From Setoptus koraiensis (Eukaryota; Animalia; Arthropoda), in assembly GCA_048013815.1 (NCBI GenBank), contig CM106586.1, forward strand, positions 19,716,001 through 19,780,000: a DNA stretch of 64,000 nucleotides. The letters are read 5' to 3'. Below the pieces are notes generated by a model that ran no database searches, had not been told where the DNA came from, and saw nothing but the letters and a program-made list of their open reading frames with translations. The translations under genes and the position numbers were made by a program. This document shows positions 62,233 through 64,000 of this stretch, piece after piece (within the stretch, counting starts at the first letter, position 1; each line of letters starts with the position of its first letter).

Positions 62233-64000
62233 CTGGCTAAACTCACAATTGTCAGTGGCTGATTAACCGACAAAACGATTCTGTCGTCTGTGTGACGGGT
62301 ATACGCCGGCGAGTGGCGTCTGCTCGCGACTCGAGTTATCTATTTATTTCGCTCGCAAGCCTGGAATGTTAAATCTCGTTCGAGTTCTCTCTTGTGAATG
62401 AAATGTTGAAATCGCTTGAAATATCAATGTTCGCACAGGCTGATAACGATGGCTTGAAAATTGAATGAAATTGTTGCAATGGTAGTAGCCGGGCTTGGCA
62501 AACGTCGCTTGTTGCTGGATATTTGATATGACGGTTGCCTCTTGCGCGGTGCTTGTTAGCAGACTGTGTCGAGCTGGATGAGAGTTGTTTGTTGTTGTTA
62601 TCAAATGACGTGCATAATTGTTGTCGGATACACTCAAACAAACGCACACACACACACACTCACTCGAACAAACAGATCAGCAACAACAGACGGAGGAAGA
62701 ACGAAGAAAGTGATCTACAAATTCATTTATATTAGACAATCTCAAACAATTTGTGTAAATCACACACACACACGGCGACTCGAACGAGAGCGACAGCAAG
62801 CCAAACAGATCAACTTGTTTCGCTTACAAACAACCTGTCAAGCTGCCGTTTGCCAATGCCGTCGCTGCTGGCTCGATGCAACCACCGACTACCGTTGCCG
62901 CACCTGTGCGAACGCTGTGAATAACAGGATAAGTGATGCCCAAAAGCTGATAAATCAGCAGCTCGACTTGTGGCTGGCGCCCGAATGAGATGATTTGTTT
63001 TGTTTGTCGATGGTCGTTGTTTGTCGTTGGCTGTCACTGTCGCTGTTCGCTCGTTCGCTTCTTCACCTGTTCGCTGCTTCACCTGTTTGCCTGTTCGCTT
63101 GTTCGGCTGTTCGCTTCTTTGCCTGTTCGGCTGTTCGCTTCTTTGCCTGTTCGGCTGTTCGCTTCTTTGTTTCGTCACTTGTTCGCTTCTTTGATTCTTC
63201 GCTTGCTCGCCTGTTCGCTTGTTAGTCGCTGGCTGCCGGTGGCTTATGAGTTCCTTGACTCGCTCGCTGGTCTTGGCATGTGTGGTGCCATACATGTACA
63301 CACTTGTGAATTGTTGTTGTTTGCTTGCGGTTTAGACGCACACACAGTGTTGTTGTTGATGGGTCGCTTGTCACATCGTCGAGCGTGTCGATTGAGATAA
63401 TTGAGCCGGGGGTGACACAGTGGCAGCGCCCGTCATAGGTCTCAATGTGTTTGTCTGGATCTGTCTGTTCGTACGAATCTGCTTGCTTGCGACTGTCGCA
63501 ACTCCAAAACTGATTTGACCCCACTGCCCGTTGCGGCCGACATTCAAATGGCCGAGCGCTATTCGAGTGTGGATATCAATTTGTGTGCCGCGATATATAA
63601 CGCGGCGCGCCACGAGCCACAATATGTAACCAGCGCGGCCTATAGTCGCGTACGTGCTGGCACACTTGCACAACAAGACGCTGGTCACTTCGCGCGCGCG
63701 TTGGTCCCCTGTATCTATATAGCGTGTGTGTGTGTGTGCATATAACGGGCACGTAGCGGTAATGCGCGCGCGCGCGCGCGCAAACCAGAATAGCGGCGCA
63801 TGTGCCGTCCGGTCACTTACAAGTTGTAAGTTACAACAACCGCTGTGGGCCTTGGTCGCTGGCAACTAAACAAATTGAATGAGCCAACTTGATCTCAAGC
63901 GCACAGTTGACACAGGCAGCACGCGCTGCCCGACGACACGAAGACGAAATGACGGTGCAAATCGCTCGATCAATGGCGCTCGCCATCCATCAATTTGTTT

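Overview
Gene-dense animal (arthropod) genomic DNA. A compact mite genome, probably eriophyoid, is my inference from extreme intron paucity, low-complexity-expanded proteins and the divergent CYP cluster. Left part (1-28 kb): 3' end of an SR-rich nuclear protein, an intronless Drosha, an intronless Frizzled-1-like receptor lacking the KTxxxW tail, a 3-exon secreted Gly/Ala/Lys/Phe polymer protein, about 11.5 kb of non-coding DNA rich in short tandem repeats with clustered TTACGTAA sites, a 2-exon giant secreted DM4/DM12-like protein and a small secreted Q/N/G peptide. Middle (28.7-53 kb) is an AT-rich, fast-evolving island. It holds an intact ORF carrying the bunyavirus (emaravirus-like) nucleocapsid motif pattern plus a C-terminal Cys cluster (candidate domesticated endogenous viral gene, the top finding), an LRR remnant with tandem duplications, an orphan secreted gene bracketed by a circularly permuted split paralog whose breakpoint abuts a hAT-like MITE, an APMAP/hemomucin-like gene, three CYP genes plus a remnant, a second orphan secreted gene, a frameshifted NRF-6-like acyltransferase, and a 500-N gap with a poly-T artefact. 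Right part (53-64 kb): Lhx3/4 (Lim3) LIM-homeobox gene and its regulatory DNA. All family calls are from motif recognition without database searches.
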